A DNA stretch of 63,943 bases, counting the filler. It is 6 parts of 6 records of this genome, joined end to end, with 100 filler letters (N's around TTAATTAATTAA, not from the genome) between each part and the next. Parts side by side here need not be neighbours in the genome. Positions count along the whole stretch, not along the records: positions 12,776 to 25,026 come from DRR723986_4877; positions 25,127 to 35,875 come from DRR723986_4878; 4 more parts are not named here. One strand, given 5' to 3'. Shown piece after piece: positions 18,807-28,490 of the stretch (position 1 is its first letter; every line of letters begins with the position of its first letter). Both the position numbers and the translations under genes were made by a program. Below the pieces are notes generated by a model. That model made no database searches. It had not been told where the DNA came from and saw nothing but the letters and a program-made list of their open reading frames with translations.

Positions 18807-20692
18807 CAGGCAGCCCCTTTCTGGCTCTGGCGCTTTAGATGCGACAGGATCAGCGTGAGCGCGGCGGGTGTCATGCCATCCATGCGAGAAGCCTGGCCAA
18901 GAGTGGCCGGGCGAATGTCGATCAGTTTCTGGCGCACCTCATTGGAAAGACCAATGATCGCTTCGTAGTCGAAACCATCCGGGATCGACAAGGCTTCATC
19001 GCGTTTCAAGGCTTCGATATCTGCCATCTGACGATCGAGATAAACGGCATAAAGCGCATCTGTCGCAACCTGCTCCGCGATCGCCGGATCAATATCTTTC
19101 AGTTCGGGCCAGATGTCCGTCAGGCCCTCGAAGGTGACATTGGGATAGGACAGCAGATCGAAGGCAGACCGGCGAATGCCATCCTGATTTACAGGCAGGC
19201 CCTTCTTCTGAGCTTCGGAAGGCGTCACGGTCAGTGTCGTCAGAAGTTCCCGCGCAGTGGCGATCCTGGCCATCTTGTCTTCAAAGGCTTCTCTACGTGT
19301 GGAGGAGACGCACCCGATGCCGATGCCCAAAGGGGTCAGGCGCTGGTCCGCATTATCCGCCCGCAGAGACAACCGGTACTCTGCACGCGACGTGAACATG
19401 CGATAGGGTTCGGTGATGCCCCTGGTGATCAGGTCATCGATCATGACACCGATATATCCCTCGGACCGATCAACCACGAACGGCGCCTTGCCGGCAGCCT
19501 TCAGAGCGGCGTTGAGCCCGGCCACAAGTCCCTGTGCCCCAGCTTCTTCATACCCGGTCGTACCGTTGATCTGGCCGGCCAGGTAAAGACCCGAGCACCG
19601 CTTGGCTTCCAGTGTCGGACGCAGCTCGCGCGGGTCGACATGGTCATATTCAATCGCGTAACCCGGCTGCAGCACCACCACATCTTCCAGACCCGGAATG
19701 GTCTTCAGAAACGCTAACTGCGCATCTTCCGGCAACGATGTGGAAATGCCGTTCGGATAGACGGTGTGATCGTCCAGTCCTTCCGGCTCCAGGAAAATCT
19801 GGTGCCCGTCCCTGTCACCGAAGCGAACGATCTTGTCTTCGATTGACGGACAATAGCGTGGCCCCCGACCCTTGATCTCGCCTGAATACAAAGCGGATCG
19901 AGAAAGGTTCTCACGAATGATGCGATGGGTCTCGGGCGTCGTGCGTGTGATGTGGCACGGGATCTGAGGTGTCTCGATCCTGTCCGTCAGAGTGGAAAAC
20001 GGAATCGGGTCGTCATCGCCCGGCTGCTCTTCCAGCCTGTCCCAGTGGATCGTCCGGCCGTCCAGCCGCGCGGGCGTACCTGTCTTGAGACGCCCAAGAT
20101 CGAAGCCGATTTCCTCCAGTGATTCAGACAGCCCGAGTGCCGGCGCTTCGCCGGAGCGTCCTGCGGGTATCTTCCTGTCACCGATATGAATGAGGCCCCG
20201 GAGAAATGTACCGCTCGTCAGCACGATGGCGCGGCAGTTGATCACCCGGCCATCGGCCAGTTCGATACCCGAGACAGAACGTTTCTCGCTGTCACCCGCA
20301 AACCGAATCTTGTGGGCTTCACCTTCAACGACGCTCAGACCTTCGACAGCGGCAATCTCACGCTGCATCGCTTCCCGGTAGAGCTTGCGATCTGCCTGCG
20401 CGCGCGGACCACGCACCGCCGGTCCCTTGCGCCGGTTAAGCATGCGGAACTGGATCCCGCCCTTGTCGGCAACACGCCCCATCAATCCATCAAGCGCATC
20501 GATCTCGCGAACGAGGTGCCCCTTCCCCAGACCACCGATGGCAGGGTTACAGGACATCACACCGATGGTATCGAAGCGATGCGTGACCAGAGCAGTCGCG
20601 GCGCCAGCGCGTGCCGATGCCGCTGCAGCTTCACAGCCGGCATGACCGCCACCAATCACCACCACATCGAATGTCAGGTCCAGTTCGTTCAT
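18806..20692 (-). CDS. mnmG: tRNA uridine modification enzyme MnmG (GidA)
   Basis: [45 protein letters not shown]. Confidence 0.99.
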   Translation of the reverse strand: MNELDLTFDVVVIGGGHAGCEAAAASARAGAATALVTHRFDTIGVMSCNPAIGGLGKGHLVREIDALDGLMGRVADKGGIQFRMLNRRKGPAVRGPRAQADRKLYREAMQREIAAVEGLSVVEGEAHKIRFAGDSEKRSVSGIELADGRVINCRAIVLTSGTFLRGLIHIGDRKIPAGRSGEAPALGLSESLEEIGFDLGRLKTGTPARLDGRTIHWDRLEEQPGDDDPIPFSTLTDRIETPQIPCHITRTTPETHRIIRENLSRSALYSGEIKGRGPRYCPSIEDKIVRFGDRDGHQIFLEPEGLDDHTVYPNGISTSLPEDAQLAFLKTIPGLEDVVVLQPGYAIEYDHVDPRELRPTLEAKRCSGLYLAGQINGTTGYEEAGAQGLVAGLNAALKAAGKAPFVVDRSEGYIGVMIDDLITRGITEPYRMFTSRAEYRLSLRADNADQRLTPLGIGIGCVSSTRREAFEDKMARIATARELLTTLTVTPSEAQKKGLPVNQDGIRRSAFDLLSYPNVTFEGLTDIWPELKDIDPAIAEQVATDALYAVYLDRQMADIEALKRDEALSIPDGFDYEAIIGLSNEVRQKLIDIRPATLGQASRMDGMTPAALTLILSHLKRQSQKGAA

Positions 20693-20919
20693 AGTCTCTA
20701 CCGCTCACGAAACCCGACAGCAGAGCCTCGGGTCCGGGTTTTTCCGGTTCGGTTTTCGGGATCTTTCTCCAGCCTAGGCCAGACTATCACAGGCCGCGCA
20801 AACCGGCACTTGTTCGCCGAGACTTATACGTGTGACGCAACTGAAGGTCAAAGCGGAATTCCGGTCAGCAGGCAAATCGTCTGGTGGCGTAAGTCATTTT
20901 GCACTTACGGCAGAGAAAA

Positions 20920-20935
20920 TGATTCACGTGAAACA
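20920..20935. promoter_or_regulatory. parS site (GANTC variant)
   Basis: TGATTCACGTGAAACA. Confidence 0.85.
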
Positions 20936-20972
20936 TGTTCCGGTAGAGAATCGATCCGCAGTTCGCCTGAGA

Positions 20973-20988
20973 TGATTCACGTGAAACA
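20973..20988. promoter_or_regulatory. parS site (GANTC variant)
   Basis: TGATTCACGTGAAACA. Confidence 0.85.
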
Positions 20989-20990
20989 GG

Positions 20991-22340
20991 TCATTTCCCG
21001 ATGCAAAAATCCCGGAAGATCACATCGAGCAAATCCTCGACATCGATCCTCCCGGTGATCCGCCCGAGAGCATCCGCAGCCCGGCGAAGGTCTTCCGCTC
21101 GCAATTCCGCCGGCAGGTGCACCATATCCACGGCAGCTCTCAGGCCGGACAGACAATCCTTGAGATAGTGACGGTGCCGTTCCCGGGTGGCCAGTGGTGC
21201 TTCGCCGACAGATATCGTTTCCTCGGCAAAACGGGTAAGCCGGGAAAAAAGCGGGTTCATACCTTCAGCGCTTTTGCTGGAACAAGCAATTTCCTGGATC
21301 GTTCCGGAAGAGTCTTGTTCCGGAAGAGTCTCAAGATCAGCCTTCGTTCGAACGGTCCAGACAGGCACGCTACGGCGAAGGTCTTCCGGAAGGCCGGCGA
21401 CGACATCGTCCTGTTCCACCCCACCAGGCTCCACCGCCCACAGGATGAGGTCCGCTCCCCGGCCCCGTTCCTCCGCCCGGCGTATGCCTTCCTTCTCAAC
21501 CAAACCCTCCGCCTTCCGGAGGCCGGCGGTATCGACAAGCGTCACGGGATACCCTGAAAGATCCAGATGAACCTCGATCACGTCCCGGGTCGTTCCGGCT
21601 TCTTCCGTGACGATGGCGACCTCCCGTCCTGCGATGGCATTCAGGAGACTGGACTTGCCGGCATTGGGTGCCCCCATCAGCACCACCTGCAAACCGGAAC
21701 GCAGACGCTCGCCGCTGCGGGATTTCTCAAGATGATCTGCAATCTCGTAATGCAGCTGGGTTGCTTCCGCCCAGACTTCATCGGCCACGCTGCCAGGAAC
21801 ATCCTCTTCATCGGCAAAATCGAAGTCTGCCTCGATCATTGCGCGCATATGGATGAGACGCTTTCTCCAGTCGTCGTAGAGCTTGCCGAGGGCTCCACCC
21901 ATCTGACGGACTGCCTGCTTACGCTGGCTCTCGGTCTCTGCAGCGATGAGATCTGCCAGGCCCTCGACTTCCGTCAGATCCATGCGGCCACGATCAAAAG
22001 CGCGGCGCGTGAACTCCCCTGCCTCGGCCGGACGGCAATTGGAAAAACGGGAAAGCACGGACAGGAGGCTTGAGACAACGGCACGTCCACCATGGCATTG
22101 GAACTCGGCAACGTCCTCTCCGGTGAAGCTGGAAGGTCCTTCGAAGTAGAGTACCAGAGCCTCGTCGAGAACGTCCTTCGTTTCCGGATCCCGGAGCTTG
22201 GCCAGCATCGTCTTCCGCGGCTGTGGCACCTTGGCAGCCAGTGTCTCAACGATCTCCCTGGTATCTGGACCAGACACACGGATCACCGCAACGCCCGAAG
22301 GCACAGCTCCACTGGAGAGCGCAAAGATCGTGTCAGCCAT
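20991..22340 (-). CDS. mnmE: tRNA modification GTPase MnmE (TrmE)
   Basis: SFTGEDVAEFQCHGG, GAPNAGKSS, GTTRD, DTAG, FCIGK C-terminus. Confidence 0.99.
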   Translation of the reverse strand: MADTIFALSSGAVPSGVAVIRVSGPDTREIVETLAAKVPQPRKTMLAKLRDPETKDVLDEALVLYFEGPSSFTGEDVAEFQCHGGRAVVSSLLSVLSRFSNCRPAEAGEFTRRAFDRGRMDLTEVEGLADLIAAETESQRKQAVRQMGGALGKLYDDWRKRLIHMRAMIEADFDFADEEDVPGSVADEVWAEATQLHYEIADHLEKSRSGERLRSGLQVVLMGAPNAGKSSLLNAIAGREVAIVTEEAGTTRDVIEVHLDLSGYPVTLVDTAGLRKAEGLVEKEGIRRAEERGRGADLILWAVEPGGVEQDDVVAGLPEDLRRSVPVWTVRTKADLETLPEQDSSGTIQEIACSSKSAEGMNPLFSRLTRFAEETISVGEAPLATRERHRHYLKDCLSGLRAAVDMVHLPAELRAEDLRRAADALGRITGRIDVEDLLDVIFRDFCIGK

Positions 22341-22459
22341 GGTATCTTCCGGATCGTGGTCGGGTCGTGGACCGCCTCTTTATCAACTCTCGTCACCGCG
22401 GAAAAGAACAAGCCTCGCCATTCCGCCGCCGAATCGAAGTGACCGGTGAGACGGCGATC

Positions 22460-22475
22460 TGTTTCACGTGAATCA
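22460..22475. promoter_or_regulatory. parS site (GANTC variant)
   Basis: TGTTTCACGTGAATCA. Confidence 0.85.
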
Positions 22476-22770
22476 ATTTTCAGAAAAATACCTGTCCTGA
22501 ACAGGAGCGGCTTTCCTTTCCGACGCGGTTCTCGTCTCTCACACACGCAGCCTCCGACAGTATCTGTTCCCCTTCAAATCGGATCCAGGACGGAAACACA
22601 CTGAATGAGGGGATCGCATTTCATTTGGCGAGACTACGTCACAGCCTCACAATCTGTTCGAAAGCCCGGGATCGAGGTCTTTCACCCATGTCGTCACACG
22701 ATGTAAGTGGAGGCAGTTAAGCTCCTGAACCCAACAGTAGGCGATGAGTTCGGAGCCGATTCAAAACAGG

Positions 22771-22786
22771 GGATTCACGTGAAACA
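22771..22786. promoter_or_regulatory. parS site (GANTC variant)
   Basis: GGATTCACGTGAAACA. Confidence 0.85.
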
Positions 22787-22814
22787 AATTCCGACCCCGG
22801 CATGACCCTGTTTC

Positions 22815-22830
22815 TGTTTCACGTGAATCT
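22815..22830. promoter_or_regulatory. parS site (GANTC variant)
   Basis: TGTTTCACGTGAATCT. Confidence 0.85.
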
Positions 22831-22863
22831 TTGCTCGCATTTATCTCCAGCTCCGATAAACCC

Positions 22864-23433
22864 TTACCCAGTCCGCATCTGCCAATCGTCATACATCATC
22901 CTGTAAAGCAGGTGCCGCTTGAAGGCGTGTCCCTCTGGAAGTTTCGGGTGCTGGAAGTCACCCCTCTCATCGTGCGTCATGCCAATTCGTGTCATGACCT
23001 TCTGCGAGGGAATATTGCCGGGAACAGTGAAGGCAACAATCTCTTCGTAGCCAATGGTTTCAAAGCCGAATCGAAGCCAGGCGCGAGCAGCTTCGCTGGC
23101 AAACCCCTGGCGCCATGCTGACCGTTTCAGCCTCCAACCGATATCGACACAGGCACCAATGGGCAGCGCCTTTTCATCGTGTACATCAAGTCCAGCAAAG
23201 CCGATGAACTCGCCTGAAGCCTTCAGTTCAATCGGTGCGTAAAAAACACCGTGCTTTTCAAAACAGTCCCGGAACATGCCGATCAGCTTCAAGGTTCGAT
23301 CACGGGTCAGTACGTCGGGAAAGTACCTCATCACCTCCGGGTCCGCGCAAAGCTCCGCACATGGATCGACATCATCTTCCTGCCAGGCTCGCAATCGCAG
23401 CCGCTCCGTTTCGATTTCAAATGCATCGAACAT
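22864..23433 (-). CDS. RimJ/RimL-type GNAT acetyltransferase (paralog 2)
   Basis: IETERLRLRAW, DIGWRL..AWRQGFASEAA, NIPSQKVM. Confidence 0.93.
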   Translation of the reverse strand: MFDAFEIETERLRLRAWQEDDVDPCAELCADPEVMRYFPDVLTRDRTLKLIGMFRDCFEKHGVFYAPIELKASGEFIGFAGLDVHDEKALPIGACVDIGWRLKRSAWRQGFASEAARAWLRFGFETIGYEEIVAFTVPGNIPSQKVMTRIGMTHDERGDFQHPKLPEGHAFKRHLLYRMMYDDWQMRTG

Positions 23434-23599
23434 TGAGCGTGTTTCGCTGTCTTACGAGAATTTGTCTACGGGTGCTGTTTATAGGAATCCGCGGTAGTTG
23501 CGGTTCGTTCATTCAAGTCCGCCTTGGTCTACCGCTAACAATATATGGGCAGATAGCCAGAGGCCGACGATTGGACTTCATACTTTTCAGGGTCATTCT

Positions 23600-23902
23600 C
23601 TAAAATGCCTTCATAAGATTGGCGACCAGAACTAGGATCAGGCCGACAAAGAGAAAAACATGCATCCAGCCATACTTTTTCATAGGCCGATTATTAAACG
23701 CATCCTCAAATTCTTTTGGCGGTCTATTTTCTTTTATTATGCGAGCACCAAATCCTCTGACTCCTTCTTCAACCCATCCTTTTTCTTTGGCATTCCATTT
23801 TTGTACCAATCTATCTTGCGCAAGATTGCAGATCAGAATGAAGGTTGACCACCCAAAAACTAGGACAACACCGGCCATTCCAAGATACTTTTCGATACTC
23901 AT
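23600..23902 (-). CDS. Hypothetical 100-aa two-TM membrane protein, AT-rich
   Basis: Two hydrophobic segments; GAGAGGA SD upstream; composition differs from neighbours. Confidence 0.7.
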   Translation of the reverse strand: MSIEKYLGMAGVVLVFGWSTFILICNLAQDRLVQKWNAKEKGWVEEGVRGFGARIIKENRPPKEFEDAFNNRPMKKYGWMHVFLFVGLILVLVANLMKAF

Positions 23903-23909
23903 CGTGTCC

Positions 23910-23973
23910 TCTCACGCCAGGCTCGCAATCGCAGCCGTTTCGTTTCAGTTCGATTTCAAAGGCGTCTTGTATC
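23910..23973 (-). pseudogene. Frameshifted remnant of a GNAT 5' end
   Basis: Reverse strand reads GACGCCTTTGAAATCGAA[CTGAA]ACGAAACGGCTGCGATTGCGAGCCTGGC, near-identical to the start of the 22864-23433 GNAT with a 5-bp insertion. Confidence 0.75.
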
Positions 23974-23998
23974 GAGAATGATCTCCACAGCGTTTCGC

Positions 23999-24014
23999 TG
24001 TTTCACGTGAATCT
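23999..24014. promoter_or_regulatory. parS site (GANTC variant)
   Basis: TGTTTCACGTGAATCT. Confidence 0.85.
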
Positions 24015-24036
24015 GATCGACACACCGGAACAGAAG

Positions 24037-24618
24037 TCAGACTTGTTTCGGGACGGATATCCAGTCCGTCTTCTTAAGGCGATAAAGCACATGCTTCGCG
24101 ATCGGATGATCTGCCGGAAGACTGGGGTGAAGAAAGTCTCCCTCCAGATCGCGGGTCATGCCGATCTTTTCCATGACCCTTTGCGACGGCAGATTGTCCG
24201 GGATGGTGAAAGCCACGATCTCTTCAAGACCGATGGTTTCAAAACCAAATCGAAGCCACTCCCGCGCAGCCTCGCCTGCATAGCCCTTCCCCCAGGCAGT
24301 CCGCTTCAGGCGCCAGCCGATTTCGACACATGGCTCGAATGGGAGGGGTGCCGCATAGGACGGAACGTTCAAACCGACAAAGCCGAGAAATTCTCCCGTC
24401 TCCTTGGTTTCAATCGGCGCCATGCTGAAACCGTCCTTCACCGTCTTTTCCCGGCACCGTGCAACCAGCAAGTCGGACTTCTCCTGCGTCAGCACCTCAG
24501 GGAAAAATCTCATCACCTCGGGGTCGGCACAGAGCCTGGCAAACGGGTCCAGGTCTTCATCCTTCCATGGACGTAGCAGGAGCCGGTCAGTCTCTAACAG
24601 GAACGAAGCTTCAGGCAT
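24037..24618 (-). CDS. RimJ/RimL-type GNAT acetyltransferase (paralog 1)
   Basis: LETDRLLLRPW, VEIGWRL..AWGKGYAGEAA, NLPSQRVMEKIGM. Confidence 0.93.
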   Translation of the reverse strand: MPEASFLLETDRLLLRPWKDEDLDPFARLCADPEVMRFFPEVLTQEKSDLLVARCREKTVKDGFSMAPIETKETGEFLGFVGLNVPSYAAPLPFEPCVEIGWRLKRTAWGKGYAGEAAREWLRFGFETIGLEEIVAFTIPDNLPSQRVMEKIGMTRDLEGDFLHPSLPADHPIAKHVLYRLKKTDWISVPKQV

Positions 24619-24646
24619 CAGAACGGGTCCGATTCAACAAAAGGCA

Positions 24647-24662
24647 GGATTCACGTGAAACA
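24647..24662. promoter_or_regulatory. parS site (GANTC variant)
   Basis: GGATTCACGTGAAACA. Confidence 0.85.
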
Positions 24663-24688
24663 CGGTGGTGGGGTGTTTAATTCTTAAC

Positions 24689-24725
24689 AAAAAGTAAAGG
24701 CGCGAACCCTCGCGGGCCGCGCCTT
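24689..24725 (-). terminator. Terminator after rho
   Basis: aaggcgcg / cgcgcctt stem with A-rich run on its left. Confidence 0.6.
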
Positions 24726-24749
24726 AAATAGAACCCGATCCGTTTGGGA

Positions 24750-25026
24750 TCAAGTGTTCATGCTGTCGAAGAAATCGTCGTTCGACTTGGTCTGCTTGAG
24801 CTTGTCGAGCAGGAACTCGATCGCATCCACCGTCCCCATCGGGTTGAGGATCCGGCGCAGCACGAAGGTCTTCTTGAGACGTTCGGCCGGTACCAGAAGC
24901 TCTTCCTTACGCGTACCGGAGCGCTGGATATCGATGGCCGGGTAAACACGCTTGTCGGAGATCTTGCGGTCCAGGATGATTTCGGAGTTACCCGTGCCCT
25001 TGAACTCTTCGAAGATGACTTCGTCC
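24750..25026 (-). CDS. rho: Transcription termination factor Rho (3' fragment)
   Basis: Reverse frame reads [44 protein letters not shown]...FFDSMNT*; missed by the ORF track. Confidence 0.97.
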
Positions 25027-25126
25027 NNNNNNNNNNNNNNNNNNNNNNNNNNNNNNNNNNNNNNNNNNNNTTAATTAATTAANNNNNNNNNNNNNNNNNN
25101 NNNNNNNNNNNNNNNNNNNNNNNNNN
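25027..25126. other. Artificial contig spacer
   Basis: N-run, TTAATTAATTAA, N-run. Confidence 0.99.
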
Positions 25127-25250
25127 TCTTGGTTTTGCCATAGAGCCCGGTCATTTTCTTTCGCAGGAGTTCGAAAGCGCCCTGAAGGCTGATTTTGGGC
25201 CCTCATCACCTGTCTCTTATTCCAAATAATAGTTAAGCGCAGATGATAGG

Positions 25251-25664
25251 GTGACCTGGCCCCAGAACCGTCCCAATGACCGTGGCAATCCAGAGGCCAG
25301 ACGTCACCTAAATGGAAGATACACGGGCCGCATTTCACGAGCGCAGTTGCAAGGCAAGCCCAGCCTTTGCCCGCTTGACCATCCGCAGCGCCAGAACGAG
25401 GCGGCAGATGCCGCGCTGGAATTCGTAACCTTGGGCACAAGCTGGCAAGTCGTGCTGCAAGATAACGGCGGCGCCGAGGTGCGTTTTGCAAACGAGGCGC
25501 CCGTGCTGGTTAACCTTGGGCCAAAGGCACCCGCAGGCCGGCGCGAGCGCGCGATACTAAGCTTGCTCGACGCCAAGCGCGAAGCCCCCGATTTGTTTGG
25601 CGCCGAATTTGCGCAATGGGCACACCGCATTGCCACTGGGGTTTCGATTGCCCCGGTGATGTAG
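25251..25664 (+). CDS. Hypothetical protein
   Basis: 137-aa ORF filling the gap, convergent with the next gene; no motif recognised. Confidence 0.5.
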   Translation: MTWPQNRPNDRGNPEARRHLNGRYTGRISRAQLQGKPSLCPLDHPQRQNEAADAALEFVTLGTSWQVVLQDNGGAEVRFANEAPVLVNLGPKAPAGRRERAILSLLDAKREAPDLFGAEFAQWAHRIATGVSIAPVM

Positions 25665-25668
25665 CGCT

Positions 25669-26604
25669 TTAGCCCGCCATACTGGCCAGCGGATCGGGCG
25701 CCAGATTGGCACCGCACAGCAAAACCGCCACATGTTCGGTGGGCGCGGGGCGGTAGTGACCTGCCATCAGGGCCGCCAGGGCAGCGGCGCCCGCAGGCTC
25801 GACCAGCAGGCGGGCATTGCGCCACAACCATGTTTGCGCGTGCAAAATTTCCTCGTCGCTGACCAGCAGCGGGGCCAGGCCCTGCTGCTGCGCCAGATCA
25901 TAGCAAATACGCCCAATTTGCCGTGCACCCAGCGCATTGGCCGCCACGCCGCCCACCTCTACCTGCGCATCAGCCCCTTGGCGCAGGGCGGTGTGCAAGG
26001 TAGGCGCGCCGGTGGGTTCAACCGCAACGATGCGGCGCTGCCCCTGAAACCAGCCCAATGCACCAGCCACCAAACCGCCGCCACCAACCGCCACAAACAG
26101 CGTATCAGCGCGCAAGCCTTGGTCTAAATGCCATTCGCGAAACAGCGTGCCTTGGCCGGCCACGGTGGCGGGTGCATCATAGGCGTGAATTTGCATCGCG
26201 CCGGTGTTTTTCTGCCACTCTAACGCCTCGGCCGCGGCCTGGGCATAGGCGCCGGGCACCACCACCAGATCTGCACCCAAATCGCGGATCAGGGCAATTT
26301 TTGCAGGCCCTGCAATTTCTGGCACATAAATGCGGGCCGGGTGGCCCAGGTGCCGCGCCGCATAGGCCACCGCAGCCCCATGATTGCCCCCCGATGCCGC
26401 CACGATACCGGCCTTGGGCACCGGCCCCGAAAGCAGGGTGTTAAACGCACCCCGGGCCTTAAAGCTGCCTGTGTGTTGCAAATGTTCCAGCTTGAGCGAA
26501 ACAGGGGTTTTCACCCCCGGCAGATCAATCTGCATCACAGGTGTTTGGCGCAGATATCCGCTGATGCGCTGCGCGGCCTGTGTGATTTGCGTTGGCCAAT
26601 CCAT
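25669..26604 (-). CDS. Threonine/serine dehydratase family PLP enzyme
   Basis: LKLEHLQHTGSFKARGA, ASGGNHG, VGGGGL, VEPAGA. Confidence 0.93.
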   Translation of the reverse strand: MDWPTQITQAAQRISGYLRQTPVMQIDLPGVKTPVSLKLEHLQHTGSFKARGAFNTLLSGPVPKAGIVAASGGNHGAAVAYAARHLGHPARIYVPEIAGPAKIALIRDLGADLVVVPGAYAQAAAEALEWQKNTGAMQIHAYDAPATVAGQGTLFREWHLDQGLRADTLFVAVGGGGLVAGALGWFQGQRRIVAVEPTGAPTLHTALRQGADAQVEVGGVAANALGARQIGRICYDLAQQQGLAPLLVSDEEILHAQTWLWRNARLLVEPAGAAALAALMAGHYRPAPTEHVAVLLCGANLAPDPLASMAG

Positions 26605-26726
26605 TCTGGCGCCCCCCTGCCCATTTGCCCCTAGCCTAGACAGCAGCGCAGGGCGGCACAAGCGCCTCGCCTAGGCCATAAAAATGGCTTAGCCTTAACG
26701 CAACCGCCCCCAAACAGAGGCCCGCC

Positions 26727-27566
26727 ATGACAGACCGCCGCAACCCTTTTCGCGATGCACAGGCAGATCGCAGCAGCGCATCAGATGTGCCTGATACGCC
26801 ACAAACGCGCGCGCCCGCCTATCGGCTGGCCTTTGCCGATGATGATTTTCTCTGCGCCGAGGCCTTGCGGCCCGTGCGGCTGCAATTGGAATTGCTGAAA
26901 CCGCAGATGTATCTGGATGATTACGGTGTCACATCAACCGTGGTGCTGTTTGGTGGGGCGCGCATCCCATCACCCGAAACCGCCGATCAGGCAGGCACAG
27001 CCACGCTGGCCGGCCTGGCGGGCTATTATCACCAAGCGCAGGTTTTGGCCGAAAAGATCACCACCGCGTCGCTGGCCAAGGGGGGGCATGAAAACATCAT
27101 TTGCACCGGCGGTGGCCCCGGCGTGATGGAGGCGGGAAACCGCGGCGCGGCATTGGCGGGCGGCGTCTCGATCGGGCTGAATATCGTGCTGCCGCACGAA
27201 CAGGCGCCCAATGAATATGTAACGCCAGATTTATGTTTTAACTTTCATTACTTTGCCATTCGCAAAATGCATTTCCTGATGCGCGCCAATACCATTTGCG
27301 TGTTTCCGGGCGGTTTTGGCACGCTGGATGAATTGTTTGAAAGCCTCACCCTTATTCAAACAGGGCGCATGCGGCGGGTGCCGTTTTTGCTGTTTGGCCG
27401 CGCGTTTTGGGACAGTATCATCAATTGGCAGGCCCTGGCCGATGCCGGCACCATCAGCCCCGAAGACCTGCAGCTGTTTCGCTATGTTGAAACCGCAGAC
27501 GAGGCGCTGGAGATTATCGCAAACTGGGGCAGCACCGAGGCCCGCGCCGATATTCCGGGGCGTTAA
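26727..27566 (+). CDS. LOG family (TIGR00730) nucleotide phosphoribohydrolase
   Basis: TGGGPGVMEAGNRGA, FHYFAIRKMHF, PGGFGTLDE. Confidence 0.93.
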   Translation: MTDRRNPFRDAQADRSSASDVPDTPQTRAPAYRLAFADDDFLCAEALRPVRLQLELLKPQMYLDDYGVTSTVVLFGGARIPSPETADQAGTATLAGLAGYYHQAQVLAEKITTASLAKGGHENIICTGGGPGVMEAGNRGAALAGGVSIGLNIVLPHEQAPNEYVTPDLCFNFHYFAIRKMHFLMRANTICVFPGGFGTLDELFESLTLIQTGRMRRVPFLLFGRAFWDSIINWQALADAGTISPEDLQLFRYVETADEALEIIANWGSTEARADIPGR

Positions 27567-28147
27567 TCGCGCCCCTTTTGACCAAACTTGCGCATTTTTC
27601 GCATGATGATCATCAGCACGAAAAACAGCGATAGCGTGCCCAGAATATCGCCCATCAAGAACACCAGCAGCTGGGCCAATTCATCGCCCAGATCCACGGT
27701 GCTGCGATAGGCCAGAATATGGCCAAAGGAATTTAACACCGATCCAATAGCCCCCACCAGCATCATCACCCGCCACGATGGCTGGGTGGTGCCGCTATCG
27801 TAAAAGTAATCATGCCCCGCCAAGCGCAGCAGCTCGAATGCCAGCCAGCATGAAATACCGCCCGCAACCGATCCCAAGATCACCCCATTTGCGTTAATAT
27901 CCGGCTGCCAAATCAAAAACGTTGCCAGCATTTCTGCCAGGGCCAGCGGGGCAACGGCGCGCATGCCAAACAGCCAAACCGAAAGCACCCGCACACCATG
28001 GGCCATAAACAGCAAGCTGCCCAGCAAAGTTGGGCCAAAAATCAGCGATTGCAGCGGCAAAATGACGTAATTAGACATAGAAAAGGCGACGATATAGGCC
28101 GTGAAAATAATGAGCTCGGGTGCAAAAGCCCCAATCGCCTGTTTCAT
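27563..28147 (-). CDS. Hypothetical membrane protein (MASE1-like)
   Basis: About six TM segments; HGVRVL and GDILGT motifs. Confidence 0.6.
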   Translation of the reverse strand: MKQAIGAFAPELIIFTAYIVAFSMSNYVILPLQSLIFGPTLLGSLLFMAHGVRVLSVWLFGMRAVAPLALAEMLATFLIWQPDINANGVILGSVAGGISCWLAFELLRLAGHDYFYDSGTTQPSWRVMMLVGAIGSVLNSFGHILAYRSTVDLGDELAQLLVFLMGDILGTLSLFFVLMIIMRKMRKFGQKGRD

Positions 28148-28490
28148 GCCCGCTCTATTCTCCAAGACCCAAAAGCACATGCATGCATGCCGATCGCTGC
28201 GCTTTAGGAGCAGCTATGGCAGATGCATTGGGCCTTTTGGGGCGGTTTGTTTTAAGTGCCACAGCCAAAATTAGCATTTGATATAATCGCTTGTTTGACG
28301 GTTAAGTGACATTCTAGCGCAAAATTTCCACAATGCGGGATATTTTAATTCTCGCATTACCGAAATTCCCTGCCTTTTTGCATGCAAAGCCTGCATATAA
28401 ACCCCAGCATAAAACCAAAGCGGGAATTAATGCCTAATGCTGAGGCTGAAATTTGGCCATTTGGCCAAGGGCAGGCCGCAAATTGCGGGG

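Noticed and set aside
22341-22860. Possible oriC in the mnmE upstream gap
   Set aside because: No DnaA-box cluster or AT-rich unwinding element seen; the origin is more likely beyond rho, off the contig.
20920-24662. Repeated 16-bp palindrome as a possible CRISPR or attC array
   Set aside because: Spacing is irregular, there are no cas or integrase genes, and the sequence matches parS next to parAB.
25127-25141. Possible gene start MAKPR on the - strand
   Set aside because: Five codons are too few to identify.
28200-28480. AT-rich gap with short palindromes (tttgcatgcaaa)
   Set aside because: Consistent with an ordinary promoter/terminator region; no full CtrA box (TTAA-N7-TTAA) found.
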